This document shows, one piece after another, positions 40,615 to 51,086 of a stretch of DNA of 64,000 bases. The stretch is from the NCBI GenBank assembly GCA_965657355.1, contig CBFHOE010000002.1:320001-384000 (forward strand). The letters run 5' to 3'. Source of the stretch: Limisphaerales bacterium. GTDB lineage: Bacteria > Verrucomicrobiota > Verrucomicrobiia > Limisphaerales > JAJOIW01. Position 1 is the stretch's first letter. Each line of letters begins with the position of its first letter. The translations under genes were made by a program, and so were the position numbers. The notes beneath the pieces are model-generated. The model made no database searches and was not told the DNA's origin. It worked only from the letters and a program-made list of their open reading frames with translations.

Positions 40615-42913
40615 TCTTTAAAATGTGATATTGATTCGGCTCGACCTGAAATTTTTTCGAGGGTAGACCATTGGCCGGGGTGACTTCAATCTCACATTCA
40701 TCGCGATATTTCCCTAAGCCAAATTTCAAACACCAGGGAGATTGAGATCTATACGACTCACCATATATCATCCAACGGGTGAGAAGAGATTCATTGTCTT
40801 TCCTGCGTAATGTTACTTTCGTGCCAGGAGGTTGATCGTAAAGGTGAAAATTTAACCCAACCCAACTATTACTATTAGATTGCGAATTATAAACAACTTT
40901 GAGCTTTTGCTGTACTTGTGGAAAAACCTCAAAGGTTGTATAGATAAGATCTTCGCAACCATCAAGATTTAGATCTGCAGCAACAACGGCTCTAGAATCT
41001 GACTGGTCTGCAAGCCCCAAAGATAAATTAATATCTATTAAAGAAGCCCTGTCTTGACTGGAGATACCCTTTAAAAATCGGTTCACCTCATACCCCCCGT
41101 ATGAATATCCGGCTCCGCGAGTTTGTGGCATAGAAAGCTTAAAGTATTGATCTACAATAGGACTCGAAATCGAATTTCCTAAATAAATATCATAACACCA
41201 AAAATAACTTTCGTAATCGGCAGTTGATTTTGAAGACTCATGACCATTCGTCAGGTAATAATCATCAAATCCGTCGTTGTCATAATCAAAGTTTTCCACC
41301 CCCCAAGCCCAGCCTGTTCTTTGCCAAGGGCCTTCAATATCTAATGGGCTAAATTGAGACCTTGAAGAAACTTCAAACCACCGATTTCCCTGCGAGATTA
41401 TCGATCTTTCATTTAAAAAAACGGATTGCTTCGAAGGGTACGAATTTGAAGCGTTAAGTCTTTCGACTGTCGGAACATTCATACCTGTCATTAAAATTTC
41501 TGGAATGCCGTTCTGATTCGCATCAGTGACCAGATGACTCATACCAAACCCCTCGCGAATTCCCTCCATCTGTTTGTTTGCATTGAGAAACGCCCCATCA
41601 CCTTTGTTCCAATATAAATCTAAGCCCGAAAAATCACTCGTCACAATAAGGTCAAGATTTTGATCTTGATCAAGATCAACGAAACTCCCAGCAAACGCTC
41701 TCCTAAATCTGTATTCGCCAAGCCCAACCTCCTCTGTCACATCGACGAAACTCTGTTCTTTGGTTTGTTTGAGAAGATAAAAGGGTTCTCCGTCGTTTGC
41801 GTCATAAAATGGCGTTGGCATTTGTCCTCCTGTATAAGGAGGTCGATATTGACCAAACCAGATATCTTGAAGTCCATCATTGTTTGTATCCCCGATGGAA
41901 AAATTTATCCCACCTCGTATCTTTTTTGGTGCTTTCCAAATCATTTCTGGAGGCTGAATGAATTTCCCTCCTACATTCTGCCTCCATAACCAGATACCTG
42001 AGGTATCACTGGCAATAAGCTGTATTGTCTTATCATTAAAAAGTGAAACCACAGCGGCAGCAGCCATCAAAGGCCTTGGAAACTTACACAACTCCTCAAT
42101 CCGGCCTAATTCCCCTTCGTTATTCCAAATCACCTTATTCGCACCAGGCAAAGAAACCTCAGGAAAATAGTCACCATTTAAATCTTGAATTATTAAAGGG
42201 CCAATTGGATACCCTTGACTAGATGGAGAAAATACTTTCTCCAAAACCTTCCCAAAACTATCAAAATCAACAGTCTCCTGTATTACATATTTAACAACTT
42301 TTATTGCAACCCCTTTGAAATCAAAAGATGCGTCTCGCCATCGAACTTCCAATACAACGTCTATTTTTATCGGCTTACCATTTTGTTTAAATCTCAGGTA
42401 TATTGTTCCGTATAGATGGCTAAGAATCTCCCCTCCAGATATTTTTGAAATTTCATTTTGTCTCAGTTCAAGCTGAACAATTTCGATATCCATATCAGCT
42501 AGACTTTCAATGAAATCGTTGCCGCTTTTTATGACTATACCTTCTTTCCCGGAAAATCCCTCGTTAATCTCTCCAACAAAAAGGTCAATACCTTCCACCA
42601 TGCTTTTCACCCGTCTTTTTTGGGGAAATGTGATTTTTGAATCAGCCAAATAAGATTTTAAAACAAACCAGTCGTCTCTATTAAAATTTATGGCATCCCA
42701 CAACTGAACAAATTTACTCTCGGCTTTTCGAGCAAGAATCTCATTTTGATAATACTCTTTGTCCCATCTTTTAACAATTTCCACCATTTTTTCTGCAGAA
42801 GGTGGAAAACCAGTTCCATCTATTAATTTCACCGAGCTTTCTGATTCAGTATTGCAGCCCGAATGAAATAACAAATTAATGATAATAAGTACAGCTAGTA
42901 AGATGAATCTCAT
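40607..42913 (-). CDS. FG-GAP/VCBS repeat and ASPIC/UnbV (CRTAC1-family) lipoprotein
   Basis: Lipobox-like HSGC; DxNxDG repeats (DTNNDGLQD, DLDQDQNLD, DYDNDGFDD, DLNLDGCED); GWAWG; GESYRSQ...FGLG. Confidence 0.85.
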   Translation of the reverse strand: MRFILLAVLIIINLLFHSGCNTESESSVKLIDGTGFPPSAEKMVEIVKRWDKEYYQNEILARKAESKFVQLWDAINFNRDDWFVLKSYLADSKITFPQKRRVKSMVEGIDLFVGEINEGFSGKEGIVIKSGNDFIESLADMDIEIVQLELRQNEISKISGGEILSHLYGTIYLRFKQNGKPIKIDVVLEVRWRDASFDFKGVAIKVVKYVIQETVDFDSFGKVLEKVFSPSSQGYPIGPLIIQDLNGDYFPEVSLPGANKVIWNNEGELGRIEELCKFPRPLMAAAAVVSLFNDKTIQLIASDTSGIWLWRQNVGGKFIQPPEMIWKAPKKIRGGINFSIGDTNNDGLQDIWFGQYRPPYTGGQMPTPFYDANDGEPFYLLKQTKEQSFVDVTEEVGLGEYRFRRAFAGSFVDLDQDQNLDLIVTSDFSGLDLYWNKGDGAFLNANKQMEGIREGFGMSHLVTDANQNGIPEILMTGMNVPTVERLNASNSYPSKQSVFLNERSIISQGNRWFEVSSRSQFSPLDIEGPWQRTGWAWGVENFDYDNDGFDDYYLTNGHESSKSTADYESYFWCYDIYLGNSISSPIVDQYFKLSMPQTRGAGYSYGGYEVNRFLKGISSQDRASLIDINLSLGLADQSDSRAVVAADLNLDGCEDLIYTTFEVFPQVQQKLKVVYNSQSNSNSWVGLNFHLYDQPPGTKVTLRRKDNESLLTRWMIYGESYRSQSPWCLKFGLGKYRDECEIEVTPANGLPSKKFQVEPNQYHILKNE

Positions 42914-42914
42914 A

Positions 42915-43805
42915 TTACACCTGACATCTCGTGCAAAAATAAGTTGGCCTATTCGATTGTTTAACTTTAACTATTAGCTTTCCACAAATATAACATGATT
43001 TTGATTCACGCCCATATACATTAAATTCGAATTGTTGTTCTTTTATTTCGATGCCTTGTTGTGATTGATTGTTTTTTATACCGAAATAGAAGAGCTTTCC
43101 TTGGTGACTTTCATTTCCGAAATCAAGATCCAAAGAATTCCCTATTTTTACAGCTCTACGGATAACTTTAAAGATACAATCTTTAATTTTATTTCTTTGC
43201 TGATCATTCAAGTCGACAGCTCTTTTGCCTGGATGGACCCCTAGCTCAAAAAGAATTTCATTGGCGTAAATGTTACCTATTCCGCAAAAAAGTGATTGAT
43301 CCATGAGCAAGTCTTTCAACAACCTATGACTTTTGCGAAAGGCTTCAGGCAACTTTTCATTAAAGAAATTACGGTCAAGGGGGTCTAATCCAAGCTTGTC
43401 CAAAAAACCCATGTCATGCGTCAGGAAACCGAATTTCCGGACATCGGTAAATATCAGGAGTGAGGTGGAGAACTTAAAGGCGGTTACTATGTGCTTTGAA
43501 GACACTTTTTGAAGTGATCCTTTAGCCCAATAAAGTCGACCGGTCATCCCAAGATGTCCCAGAATCTCACCATCTACATTACAACCAGCTTTATCACTAG
43601 AGAATTCCATGACCCAAAATTTCCCCTTTCTTCGAAACCTCCTCAAATGCTGTCCAATAAACTCTTTTCCCCAACCCTCTGATTTATGGCTCGTATCGAA
43701 ACGTAATGCGCGTGGGTGAGGTGTTGTGACATCCACGACTTTCCCGGCGGGAATGTTTCGGTTTAAATATTGTTTGAGACATTCAACTTCTGGTAATTCT
43801 GGCAT
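42915..43805 (-). CDS. mutM: Formamidopyrimidine-DNA glycosylase
   Basis: MPELPEVE, RRKGK, HLGMTG, DVRKFG, GIGNIYANE, C-terminal zinc finger CxxC...CxxCQ. Confidence 0.95.
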   Translation of the reverse strand: MPELPEVECLKQYLNRNIPAGKVVDVTTPHPRALRFDTSHKSEGWGKEFIGQHLRRFRRKGKFWVMEFSSDKAGCNVDGEILGHLGMTGRLYWAKGSLQKVSSKHIVTAFKFSTSLLIFTDVRKFGFLTHDMGFLDKLGLDPLDRNFFNEKLPEAFRKSHRLLKDLLMDQSLFCGIGNIYANEILFELGVHPGKRAVDLNDQQRNKIKDCIFKVIRRAVKIGNSLDLDFGNESHQGKLFYFGIKNNQSQQGIEIKEQQFEFNVYGRESKSCYICGKLIVKVKQSNRPTYFCTRCQV

Positions 43806-43821
43806 TTTAATTATCCAGTTC

Positions 43822-44271
43822 TTAGGTTCTGTAATCTCTTCCTCCCATCAAACCAAATGCACGCGGGATATGATGAATAGAAAATTGCGAACGACCAGAA
43901 TATTCAACAACAATAATATCAAATTGAATTCGAACCTTTGGGTTTCCGAGTTCTTTTAAATAATCCAAAGCAGCACTATTTATTCTTTTTCTTTGCCTAA
44001 GGCTCACTAGGTTAGAAGGCTTTAAAGTCATGTCTATAAAACTGCGCGTTTTTACCTCAACGAATAAAAGTAGGGCTTCGCTTTTTGACCTAAATACTAG
44101 GTCAATTTCTCCTCTTTCTGTTTGATAGTTCGCAATTAAAAACCGGTATCCGAGAGTTTTCAAAAAACATTTTGCTTTATTTTCTCCGAAACTACCTATC
44201 ATAAGGTGTTCGGGCTTTTTATGTTTATTCATCACATTTCTCATCCATTTCACCATCTTCATTTTATTCAT
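43822..44271 (-). CDS. yraN: YraN family (UPF0102) putative endonuclease
   Basis: GSFGE, GEIDLV, LFVEVKTR, FDII; downstream of rnhB. Confidence 0.9.
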   Translation of the reverse strand: MNKMKMVKWMRNVMNKHKKPEHLMIGSFGENKAKCFLKTLGYRFLIANYQTERGEIDLVFRSKSEALLLFVEVKTRSFIDMTLKPSNLVSLRQRKRINSAALDYLKELGNPKVRIQFDIIVVEYSGRSQFSIHHIPRAFGLMGGRDYRT

Positions 44272-44314
44272 CTCATCAACACATTTTCTAAAATTTACAT
44301 TGTAAAAGGTTTTA

Positions 44315-44986
44315 TCAAAACATCTCCAGCTGCTCTTGCCTTAGAGGGGCAAAAGAATGACGATGTAAAGGAGTCGGACCAAACCTTTTTAGGGCCTCGA
44401 GATGTTCTTTCGTGCCGTATCCTTTGTGCTTCCCAAAACCATACCCTGGATAATCTTTATCAGCCTGCTCCATTATTCTGTCCCTAGTAACCTTTGCGAT
44501 AATCGACGCAGCTGCAATGGTGTATGATTTCGAATCACCTTTTATGACAGACTCATGAATAAATGGAGATGGTTTCAGGGGTAAACCATCAACTAACGCA
44601 ATATAGTTCTCTACCATCAATCCATCTAGCGCCGATTTCATGGCAATCTTGGTAGCTTCGAGAATATTCACTTTGTCTATCTCAGAAGCCTCTACAATAC
44701 CTATCGAAAATCTAATATCCGCATGAGTGGTGAGAAAACCAAAAAGTCTTTCTCTATTTCTCTCAGACAACTTCTTAGAGTCGTTTAAATCTGATAATTC
44801 CTGATTTTGAAACGAGTCCTCCTCTATCCAATTTTTCGGGAATAAGACCGCGGCAGCCACAACGGGCCCTGCCAAAGGCCCTCGCCCAGCCTCATCAATG
44901 CCGGGAACGGAGGTTTTAGTTCCCTTTGACAATGCCTGTATCAAGAGCTTTCTCTCTAGATGAAACCCTATTATTTTTTCAACCAT
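44315..44986 (-). CDS. rnhB: Ribonuclease HII
   Basis: GIDEAGRGPLAGPV, LNDSKKL, LVDG, KGDSKS..IAAASIIAKVTRD, HKGYGT..H, HRHSF. Confidence 0.96.
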   Translation of the reverse strand: MVEKIIGFHLERKLLIQALSKGTKTSVPGIDEAGRGPLAGPVVAAAVLFPKNWIEEDSFQNQELSDLNDSKKLSERNRERLFGFLTTHADIRFSIGIVEASEIDKVNILEATKIAMKSALDGLMVENYIALVDGLPLKPSPFIHESVIKGDSKSYTIAAASIIAKVTRDRIMEQADKDYPGYGFGKHKGYGTKEHLEALKRFGPTPLHRHSFAPLRQEQLEMF

Positions 44987-45173
44987 TTCGAACAAATCTG
45001 ATTATTTCATCACTGCGTGACCACCCACAATGCTTTTAAGAGACTCATTGTCGACTGGAGATTTGGCACAAGCTGGCATTTGCAAAGGAAACGGGACATA
45101 AAAAAGAGCTAAATTTAATCAGGAAACCGATTTTTGGGGTGATTTTTACTTTTGCTTAGACTATGTTACCACC

Positions 45174-46706
45174 ATGTTAGCATATGTAATTGTCGGGGTA
45201 ATTGCCGTATTGGCCCCAGTCATTGGCTATTTTCTAGGGGCGGTGAGGATGTTCACCTGCTTTATAGGTGTTTTCGTCGGAGTTTTCACCGCACCAATGA
45301 TCTCAGCAAGTATTAAAGGCCTGTTGCCCAAAATTAAAATCACAGATCCGTTTTGGCAGGACTTTTTTGGACCGGGTATCTCATTCCTCATCATTATGCT
45401 AATATTTTTGGGGATTAGTTTTGCCGTTCATATGATTCCATCCAATTTTTATCGTATGAGGAGAGACGAGGTCACAAGATTAAAATGGAACAAAGTCATG
45501 CAGAAATCTGGAGTGGTTATGGGGCTGTTCACGGGTTTGGCCGTTTTGATAGCCACAAGTTACTTGGTTTCCTCATTCGGATATCCTGCGAAATTATTTC
45601 CAGGATCATCTCAACCAAAAGGATTTTCAGAGCTTACAGAAACACAGGATGGATTTGATAAGGTTGGCCTCGGGCAAATCTCAGGTGGGCTCAACAAGAC
45701 TCCAGATGAATTCTACGAATTGGTAGAGACAGTGGCGACCATCTACAACAACCCAAGTCCTGCCATTAAAAAACGACTCACTGCCTATCCTCCATTCCTC
45801 AACAAGCTCAAGGACGACTCGTTTTATAAAAGCATAGCTTCTGATTCTAGTCTCAAAGATGTATTCAGTAAGAAGGGAGATTTCACCAAGATTTACTCCA
45901 ATGAAAATGTTCAGAATGCCCTGAAGGAAATGCCAATTTACCAAGAACTTGAGGAGATTGACCTAAGTGATATGAAGGAATTCCTCAAATCCGGGAAATC
46001 CAAAAAGTATGGCAAAAATAAAGTCGTTGGCCGGTGGAAGTTAGATTCCGGACAGACGACGCGCGAATGCCTATCCGAGATGGATACTGTTTCGAAATCC
46101 ATTCTGCCTGTGGTCAGAAAGGCATTTAACGATGTAAACATCGTAATGACAGCAACTTTAGATGGAAAATTTACTTCATCTATCATTATTCCCGAAGCCC
46201 AGATCGCTCGCTACCTAAGTGAACAAGCATCCCAACAAAGAGATCGCCAAAAGATCAATGCTTCCAGTCTTAGAATTCTTCAAGGAGCAAACTCCAACGG
46301 AGATTCCTTTGGCGGAGGAGGCCAAGATTTTGGAGACAGCTATAACACCCCGCCTAGAATGAGTCAGGATATGAGGGATTCTTATGGTCTTTCGGGAGGT
46401 GCCGGTGGACCGGGTGGAAATTCGGCTTCAAACTCTGAAGCCTTCCAAAACAACCAAGCCGCTCAGCAAAGAATTCTCAGTCAGAGAATGAAAAATAATA
46501 AATCGTCAGCTAAAGTTGATCCTGCAGCCGAAATCAGAAGAATACTCGCGGAACTAGGCCGTAACACTTCGGGTACTTGGAAAAAAGAAGGATACAAATA
46601 CATTCTCAAATTTGGGAACGGAAGATCTCTGGAAGGACTTGTTGTCGGCGATGAATTAAAAATTGTTGATAACATGAAAAAATACGTCTTTTACCCAGAT
46701 ATCTGA
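45174..46706 (+). CDS. CvpA-like membrane protein with a large soluble C-terminal region
   Basis: About four N-terminal TM helices with a GYFLGAVR motif; Gly/Ser/Asn-rich insert near the C-terminus. Confidence 0.6.
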   Translation: MLAYVIVGVIAVLAPVIGYFLGAVRMFTCFIGVFVGVFTAPMISASIKGLLPKIKITDPFWQDFFGPGISFLIIMLIFLGISFAVHMIPSNFYRMRRDEVTRLKWNKVMQKSGVVMGLFTGLAVLIATSYLVSSFGYPAKLFPGSSQPKGFSELTETQDGFDKVGLGQISGGLNKTPDEFYELVETVATIYNNPSPAIKKRLTAYPPFLNKLKDDSFYKSIASDSSLKDVFSKKGDFTKIYSNENVQNALKEMPIYQELEEIDLSDMKEFLKSGKSKKYGKNKVVGRWKLDSGQTTRECLSEMDTVSKSILPVVRKAFNDVNIVMTATLDGKFTSSIIIPEAQIARYLSEQASQQRDRQKINASSLRILQGANSNGDSFGGGGQDFGDSYNTPPRMSQDMRDSYGLSGGAGGPGGNSASNSEAFQNNQAAQQRILSQRMKNNKSSAKVDPAAEIRRILAELGRNTSGTWKKEGYKYILKFGNGRSLEGLVVGDELKIVDNMKKYVFYPDI

Positions 46707-46730
46707 TAATAATTACTAAATATTTTATAG

Positions 46731-46761
46731 AAAAAGCCCCAATACATGGGGCTTTTTTTTT
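46731..46761 (+). terminator. Intrinsic terminator
   Basis: AAAAAGCCCCA-ATACA-TGGGGCTTTTTTTTT. Confidence 0.9.
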
Positions 46762-47245
46762 CAACTATAAAGAAGGTGCTGTTGAATATTTGCTTCACCA
46801 TTGATGTGCCCATAAATCAGAGGAATACATCATCACGAAATTGTTGAGTTCATGGATCACGATAATAATCACATTTCCTTGCCTGCCTTTATTTGCAATT
46901 TTGACTAAGCATAAAGGTAGGACTTACGGAGGAACACAAAAGAATACAACATACCTTTTAAGTTACAAAATCACCCATTCGTAAAAATTTAACGAATTAC
47001 CGTTTTCCTGACAAAATGGATCACTGGAGATGTAAGACTGAATTCATAGGATCGAATGAAAATTACAGTCACGATATGACGACCGATTTCGGGAAACTCT
47101 ATTTTATACATAGTGAATATAAAAATTAATGGTCCAGCCCAAATGTTTGTTCACTATTTTTTTATTTTTATGAAATCTTATAGAGAATCCTTGTGCTCCC
47201 TAGAATAGAAATGAACAATGATTCAAACGACAAATCGCTTCGAAT

Positions 47246-48496
47246 ATGGCTAAAAAGTTAAACTGGAATCAGTGGAATCCTTGGTTAGATCAAACAGGCA
47301 AGTCCACTGGTCAAAAATTGAATAATTTAGAGGATGTCCCGTGCGACAGGACAGGGGCCTTGGAAAAGGGCCAGTTAGTTAAAGGAGTTGTATCAGATGT
47401 CGCCTTTGGGGGCGATGGTGTTATGCGTTGTGAAAACCAAGTCGTTTTCGTTCCACATGTTATCACGGGTGAAACAGTCGAGGCTAAGATTGTAGAAACT
47501 AAAAAATCGTATGCAAAAGCCCAACTAGTGAAAGTTATTGATCCTAGTCCTGAAAGAATAGATCCGAAATGCCCGATTTACGGAGAATGTGGGGGATGCC
47601 AATACCAACATATTTCTTATCCAAACCAACTAATAATCAAGGAAAAGCAGGTAAGAGATATTTTTGAAAGAATTGGTAAATTGGATGGATCAAAGGTACG
47701 AGACGTCCTTCCTTGTCCTCAACCATTCAATTACCGCAACCGGATAATGGTCCGAACTCAGTGGAATAAAGCCATGAAGAAAATGGTCGTGGGGTTTCTT
47801 CGTTACCATAGTAGACTGGTCGTACCAGTAGAAGAATGCCACATCGCAGAATATGACTTGAACAAACAACTTGAAAATGTAAAAAAAGACCATTCGAGAA
47901 AGAATGGCGTTAAATATGTCCTGAGAAAATTTCCAGAAAACTGGATACTTCCTAATGACTCATTTTTTCAAAATAACTTCTTCCTACTACCCGGAATGGT
48001 AGAGGAAGTAAAATCCTGCCTGAAAGACTTTGGTGGAGAGTATCTTGTGGATACATACTGTGGTGTTGGTTTTTTTGCTCTTGAATTGGCATCAGAGGTG
48101 AAAGAATTCAAAGGAGTCGAAATCGACAGAATGGCAATTAAAGCTGCCAATCAAAATGCCAAAGATAAAAATATTACTAATGGATCTTTTGTGGAGGGAC
48201 CTACTGAGAAGATTTTACCAGAGCTAATGAAAGCTTATCCCCCAGAGCAGACGACAGTCGTATTAGATCCCCCTCGCAGAGGAATTGATCCATCTGCCAT
48301 CGAATTTCTTAAGTCCATTGGCCCGGGACAAATACTCTATATCTCATGTCACCCAGCTACCCAAGCTCGTGATCTGGCAACATTCTGCTCAGATGGAACA
48401 TATTCTGTTAGGTTGGTTAAGCCGATGGATATGTTTCCTCAAACACAACACATAGAATGTGTAGCGGATATTAGATTAAACAAACAGGATACCTGA
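47246..48496 (+). CDS. rlmD: TRAM-domain RNA m5U methyltransferase (RlmD/TrmA family)
   Basis: TRAM domain, CPIYGECGGCQYQH, YRNR, SFFQNN, DTYCGVG, LDPPRRG, YISCHPATQARD, DMFPQTQHIE. Confidence 0.85.
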   Translation: MAKKLNWNQWNPWLDQTGKSTGQKLNNLEDVPCDRTGALEKGQLVKGVVSDVAFGGDGVMRCENQVVFVPHVITGETVEAKIVETKKSYAKAQLVKVIDPSPERIDPKCPIYGECGGCQYQHISYPNQLIIKEKQVRDIFERIGKLDGSKVRDVLPCPQPFNYRNRIMVRTQWNKAMKKMVVGFLRYHSRLVVPVEECHIAEYDLNKQLENVKKDHSRKNGVKYVLRKFPENWILPNDSFFQNNFFLLPGMVEEVKSCLKDFGGEYLVDTYCGVGFFALELASEVKEFKGVEIDRMAIKAANQNAKDKNITNGSFVEGPTEKILPELMKAYPPEQTTVVLDPPRRGIDPSAIEFLKSIGPGQILYISCHPATQARDLATFCSDGTYSVRLVKPMDMFPQTQHIECVADIRLNKQDT

Positions 48497-48500
48497 ATGA

Positions 48501-51086
48501 ATGGAATACAAATTTAATGAAATAGTTCGACAGGCAACGCCAGGTGATAATGTGGTGATTGCTTTATGTGATCTAAAACCAGGAGACGTAATAAAACATC
48601 AAAATGGAAAATCCATTACCATTAAATATTTCGTTCTCGAAGGACATCGCATTGCTTTCTCAGAAATAAAAACCGGCGAGAAGCTTCTCTCGTGGGGCTT
48701 GCCATTTGGTCTGGCTATTCATGATATTCTTCCTGGTGAGGCCCTTTTCAATGATTCGGTATTGAGAGACCTCAAAAAAAGAAAACTCAATATATTCACT
48801 CCCAATAACCCAAATTTTAAAGACTGGTCACAAAAATTTATACTGGATCACTCAAATATTGCTTACTCTGAACAAGTAAGAATAACCTATTGTGATCGCA
48901 CTTTCCAAGGGTTTGAAAGACCTAATGGAAGAGGCTCTGGTATCAGAAACCATGTGGTTGTCCTCGGAACGTCATCTAGGGTAACGCCTTTTATAAAACT
49001 TTTATCAAAATCTCTCCCAAATGAATTCACCTGCCACACTAAATCATTCGATGGGGTGGTCACTGTTTACCACTCTGAAGGAGGCGGATTTAAAAAAGAA
49101 AACAACCATGAATTAGTTCTTCGCACTCTATCAGGCTGGATTGTTCATTCAAATATTTCTTCTATCCTATTAATCGACCACGGCGATGAGGCCGTAAACA
49201 ACAAGGAGGTTTTTGATTATTTAAAGATAAAACAATACCCTATTAAAGGATCGCTGATAAAAACTTTAAGTATTTCCAAAAGGCAAATTAGTAGCTGTTT
49301 GAATGAGGCGAGAAATTCCATCGGGCTGATGGTAGACAATGCACGGAAAGAGCAAAGAACGTCATGTCCACTATCGGATATAAAAATTGCTCTTCAATGC
49401 GGCGGTTCAGATGCTTTTTCTGGCATGTCGGGGAACCCATTGGCCGGAATCATTGCAAAAGAAGCAATCCAACATGGAGGTTCTGCTAATTTAGCTGAAA
49501 CATCAGAACTTATAGGAGCTGAGTCGTATGTCCTACAAAAAGTAAAAAACCTTGATGTTGCAAAACGTTTTTTAAACACCATAGATAGATTCCAATCAAT
49601 GGCACAATGGCATGGCCATTCAGCAGAAGGCAACCCAAGCGGAGGAAATTTATTTAGAGGCCTTTACAATATTTCAGTTAAAAGCATCGGCGCAGCAAAT
49701 AAAAAACATCCCGACCTCAGATTGGACGATGTTATTGATTACGGTCAACGTATGACTGAGAGTGGTTTTTACTTCATGGATAGCGCCGGAAATGACCTGG
49801 AAAGTATTGCTGGACAAGTTGCTTCAGGATGCAACCTTGTTCTCTTCATTACAGGCAATGGTTCTATAACCAATTTCCCATTTGTTCCTACCTTAAAAAT
49901 AGTGACAACCACTAAAAGGTATAAGCAGCTCGAATTGGATATGGATATCAATGCGGGTGAATATTTAGATGGCACGACATTATCAGCACTTAAAGGTAAA
50001 TACTTTAATCTAGCACTAGAAACATGTGAAGGCAGGAGGACAGTTGGCGAGAAAGCAGGACATTCTCAAGCACAAATCTGGCGTAATTGGCACATGGGTT
50101 CGGAGAGGCAACTAACTTCAGCCCTTCAATCACCATCACCTTCTGGAGTTCCATTAAAACTTACATGGACAAGTGAATTGATCTCTCAAAAACCACAAAA
50201 AATAAAAATCACGGAATCGTTATCCAAAACTTTTCAAAAGTCGATTATTATCCCAACAAGTTTGTGCTCGAGTGAGGTTGCTTCTAGAATTGCGAAGGAA
50301 TTAAACGATGAATCGCAAAAAGAAAACATAGTGGCCTTGTCACATACAGAAGGATGTGGTGTTTCTAGAGGGCCATCTGAAGAGCTTTTCATCCGAACGA
50401 TGGTCGGATATGCCCTTCACCCATCGGTCAAATCCGTTCTTTTTTTAGAACATGGTTGTGAAAAGACACATCATGCGGAATTCCAGAATTTCTTACTTTC
50501 GATGAATGAGTGTCCAGACAATTATGCGTGGGAAAGCATCCAGGCTGGAGGCGGATTAGAGAAAGCGAAAGCCAGTATCAGAAGTTGGAAAGCCAGCATT
50601 AAAAATTCTGATATTCATAATATTAATCATCCGGCTTTAGGTGTATTTACGACCTCCGGAAAACAAAGCGAAGGATGGATGATCCGCTTACTGCAGTTAG
50701 TTCAATTAGTCACGAATGATTTGAAAGGGAGTGTGATTATATCAGAAAAAGATCCATTTATTGATTTCATTAAAACAAACAAAATCCTCAGTAATAATTC
50801 CCAGACTAGCTTGAGCTATGGCGAGAGCCTGAAAATGAGGTTCGGATTTCATATAATGGAATCTCAATCAACAGATCCTGTGGAAATTCTAACAGGGTTG
50901 GGTGCTTGCGGTGCCACCCATTTTTTTATGGATCCAGATAGTCTTGAAAATAATTTCCAGTATCCACCACTTTCCATACCCGTTAAATGGGATCGAGCGA
51001 CACAAGATTTTATTGAACAATTTAATGAAAGTCATTTCCAACGCTCTTTTCAAATTACGCGCGGACACCAAGGGTTTTCGCTGTAG
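48501..51086 (+). CDS. UxaA/GarD-family sugar-acid dehydratase, long duplicated form
   Basis: SAF domain (GDNVVIAL...GHRIA), GIRNH, LQCGGSDAFSG..GNP, ETSELIGAE, NPSGGN, KSIGA, FITGNG; second copy with HTEGCG. Confidence 0.85.
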   Translation: MEYKFNEIVRQATPGDNVVIALCDLKPGDVIKHQNGKSITIKYFVLEGHRIAFSEIKTGEKLLSWGLPFGLAIHDILPGEALFNDSVLRDLKKRKLNIFTPNNPNFKDWSQKFILDHSNIAYSEQVRITYCDRTFQGFERPNGRGSGIRNHVVVLGTSSRVTPFIKLLSKSLPNEFTCHTKSFDGVVTVYHSEGGGFKKENNHELVLRTLSGWIVHSNISSILLIDHGDEAVNNKEVFDYLKIKQYPIKGSLIKTLSISKRQISSCLNEARNSIGLMVDNARKEQRTSCPLSDIKIALQCGGSDAFSGMSGNPLAGIIAKEAIQHGGSANLAETSELIGAESYVLQKVKNLDVAKRFLNTIDRFQSMAQWHGHSAEGNPSGGNLFRGLYNISVKSIGAANKKHPDLRLDDVIDYGQRMTESGFYFMDSAGNDLESIAGQVASGCNLVLFITGNGSITNFPFVPTLKIVTTTKRYKQLELDMDINAGEYLDGTTLSALKGKYFNLALETCEGRRTVGEKAGHSQAQIWRNWHMGSERQLTSALQSPSPSGVPLKLTWTSELISQKPQKIKITESLSKTFQKSIIIPTSLCSSEVASRIAKELNDESQKENIVALSHTEGCGVSRGPSEELFIRTMVGYALHPSVKSVLFLEHGCEKTHHAEFQNFLLSMNECPDNYAWESIQAGGGLEKAKASIRSWKASIKNSDIHNINHPALGVFTTSGKQSEGWMIRLLQLVQLVTNDLKGSVIISEKDPFIDFIKTNKILSNNSQTSLSYGESLKMRFGFHIMESQSTDPVEILTGLGACGATHFFMDPDSLENNFQYPPLSIPVKWDRATQDFIEQFNESHFQRSFQITRGHQGFSL

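Noticed and set aside
45064..45083. Sigma54 promoter (TGGCAC...GC) upstream of the CvpA-like gene
   Set aside because: GG-to-GC spacing is one base off the strict -24/-12 requirement
9510..47140. GTCCA pentamer upstream of several genes (PSD1, small basic protein, prepilin, araB, CAP/cimA, kamA, rlmD) as an ECF sigma -10 element
   Set aside because: No consistent -35 element or distance to the start; a 5-mer cannot be separated from chance by eye
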